DNA from: a virus
Taxonomy: Duplodnaviria > Caudoviricetes
Reading direction: 5' to 3' (one strand)
DNA length: 45,767 nt
Virus record (IMG/VR): IMGVR_UViG_3300005512_000069
Coordinates: 1 to 45,767 of that record
The first letter of the stretch is position 1, and the number at the start of each line of letters is the position of its first letter. Of the stretch, positions 44,849 through 45,767 are shown in pieces. The notes below the pieces were generated by a model. That model did no database searches. It was not told the origin of the DNA and saw nothing but the letters and a program-made list of their open reading frames with translations. Both the position numbers and the translations under genes were made by a program.

Positions 44849-45410
44849 CGTGGCTCTCCATCTGCGTCGAACGCGGGGCCTGAGTCGCGTTGAGCTTCGC
44901 GACGATCTCGATGGGCGGAGGGAGAAGGGCATGCGCCGCAGACAGAGCGGCGGCGGTCATCTCGCACAGGGGCTCGCGGTGGCCATCAGGCTGGTCGTCG
45001 TGAACGCCTGCGGGGACGCACTTGAAGCACCAGCAAATGCAATCGCTGGCCTCCGACAACGCCTCGACGCAGCCGCTCAGCTCACGTAGCGCGCTTTCGT
45101 AGGTCTGGGGCTCAGGCATTGGGGCCTCCCCTGCCGCGACCACCGCGCGGGCGAGGGCTTCGGGCCAGTCGTTGGCAGCCCCGAGTTCGTGCTGTCCGTA
45201 CGGTCGGCGGTCGAATGTGCCATCACGGCCAAGCAACAGCGCCTCGTCGCGTGCCAGGAGCCACTCCAGCATCGCCCAGCAGAACGCCGGGTCGTCGAGG
45301 GAGGGGGCTGGCACACGGTTGCCGCCCCTATCGTAGTGACCATCGGGTCCGGCGACGGACCATCCGACGATGTACGCCGCGTCCTCGGCCAGCTGAATGC
45401 GGTCAGTCAT
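44838..45410 (-). CDS. ABA-sandwich-like protein fused in frame to a Cys/His protein
   Basis: Start MTDRIQ; DWPEALARAVV; internal GGAGG-ATG at 45119. Confidence 0.65.
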   Translation of the reverse strand: MTDRIQLAEDAAYIVGWSVAGPDGHYDRGGNRVPAPSLDDPAFCWAMLEWLLARDEALLLGRDGTFDRRPYGQHELGAANDWPEALARAVVAAGEAPMPEPQTYESALRELSGCVEALSEASDCICWCFKCVPAGVHDDQPDGHREPLCEMTAAALSAAHALLPPPIEIVAKLNATQAPRSTQMESHGDH

Positions 45411-45663
45411 CCCGATTCGCCTCCACGAGTGCCTCGACTCCATCGCGACGGACAAGGATCTCGGCGTCGCAGTCGGTGCAGTTACAGATCATGCGCAGCC
45501 ACGTCTGGCCGCTCGCATTGGCGCGAACGCGACGCCCGATGGAGTCACGCCTCACGGAGCCGCCGTTCATGAACCACGGAGACGACCACCATCCGCGTGC
45601 GACATGCTCAAGCGCGCGACACCCCTCGCGGTGGTCGCGCACCAGCTTCGTGAGCTTGCTCAT
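45403..45663 (-). CDS. Hypothetical Zn-binding protein
   Basis: HREGC...CNCTDC; coupled at both ends. Confidence 0.65.
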   Translation of the reverse strand: MSKLTKLVRDHREGCRALEHVARGWWSSPWFMNGGSVRRDSIGRRVRANASGQTWLRMICNCTDCDAEILVRRDGVEALVEANRDD

Positions 45664-45728
45664 CCCGCCACCTCGTGCGCCGAGGCAACGCGCGCGGCCT
45701 GCTCGGCCAGCTTCTTGCGGTCAGTCAT
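45660..45728 (-). CDS. 22-aa minigene MTDRKKLAEQAARVASAHEVAG
   Basis: ATGA overlaps; N-terminus paralogous to the 45410 gene. Confidence 0.5.
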   Translation of the reverse strand: MTDRKKLAEQAARVASAHEVAG

Positions 45729-45767
45729 CGCACGTCTCCGTTCGGGTGGAACGCCGGGCAGTCGGCG
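45702..45767. repeat. Terminal direct repeat (copy 2)
   Basis: Identical to 1-66. Confidence 0.95.

Noticed and set aside
45702-45767. 66-bp terminal repeat as a biological DTR or att site
   Set aside because: It falls inside a coupled gene array, far from the packaging region, and is best explained as an assembler overlap.

Overview
This window is an apparently complete, circularly assembled genome (about 45.7 kb; bases 1-66 repeat at 45702-45767) of a GC-rich tailed dsDNA phage. It is probably podovirus-like, since it has no tape measure or tail tube but has an adaptor, a nozzle and large internal virion proteins. Layout: (i) a leftward array of tiny, translationally coupled accessory genes running through the circular junction (3559 to 1, then 45728 to 43923); (ii) a symmetric divergent promoter and a rightward recombination/replication operon (Cro-like HTH, RecE/ExoVIII-like nuclease, SSB-like proteins, SF2 helicase, minimal C5-MTase, VRR-NUC, Prim-Pol/helicase; 3690-11399); (iii) a leftward early operon with an RHH protein and a truncated beta-clamp-like protein; (iv) a non-coding iteron-like region, a G/C-tract region and a highly structured leader RNA (13.4-14.86 kb); (v) packaging and morphogenesis genes (TerS?, TerL, portal, scaffold, MCP), followed directly by a sulfotransferase and a GT2-TPR-GT4 glycosyltransferase, then a virion-type esterase with paralogous small beta-domain proteins, tail genes and ejection proteins; (vi) a lysis-position cassette with two membrane proteins and a beta-helix enzyme instead of any recognisable endolysin. 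No integrase, DNA polymerase, ParA/ParB, tRNA or CRISPR array was recognised. The most notable items are a candidate sulfated-glycan virion-modification module, a perfect chromosomal-type parS site without a phage ParB, a reciprocal Walker A/B swap in TerL, the beta-helix protein in the endolysin slot, and the structured RNA heading the late operon. All product calls come from motif recognition by eye, not database searches.
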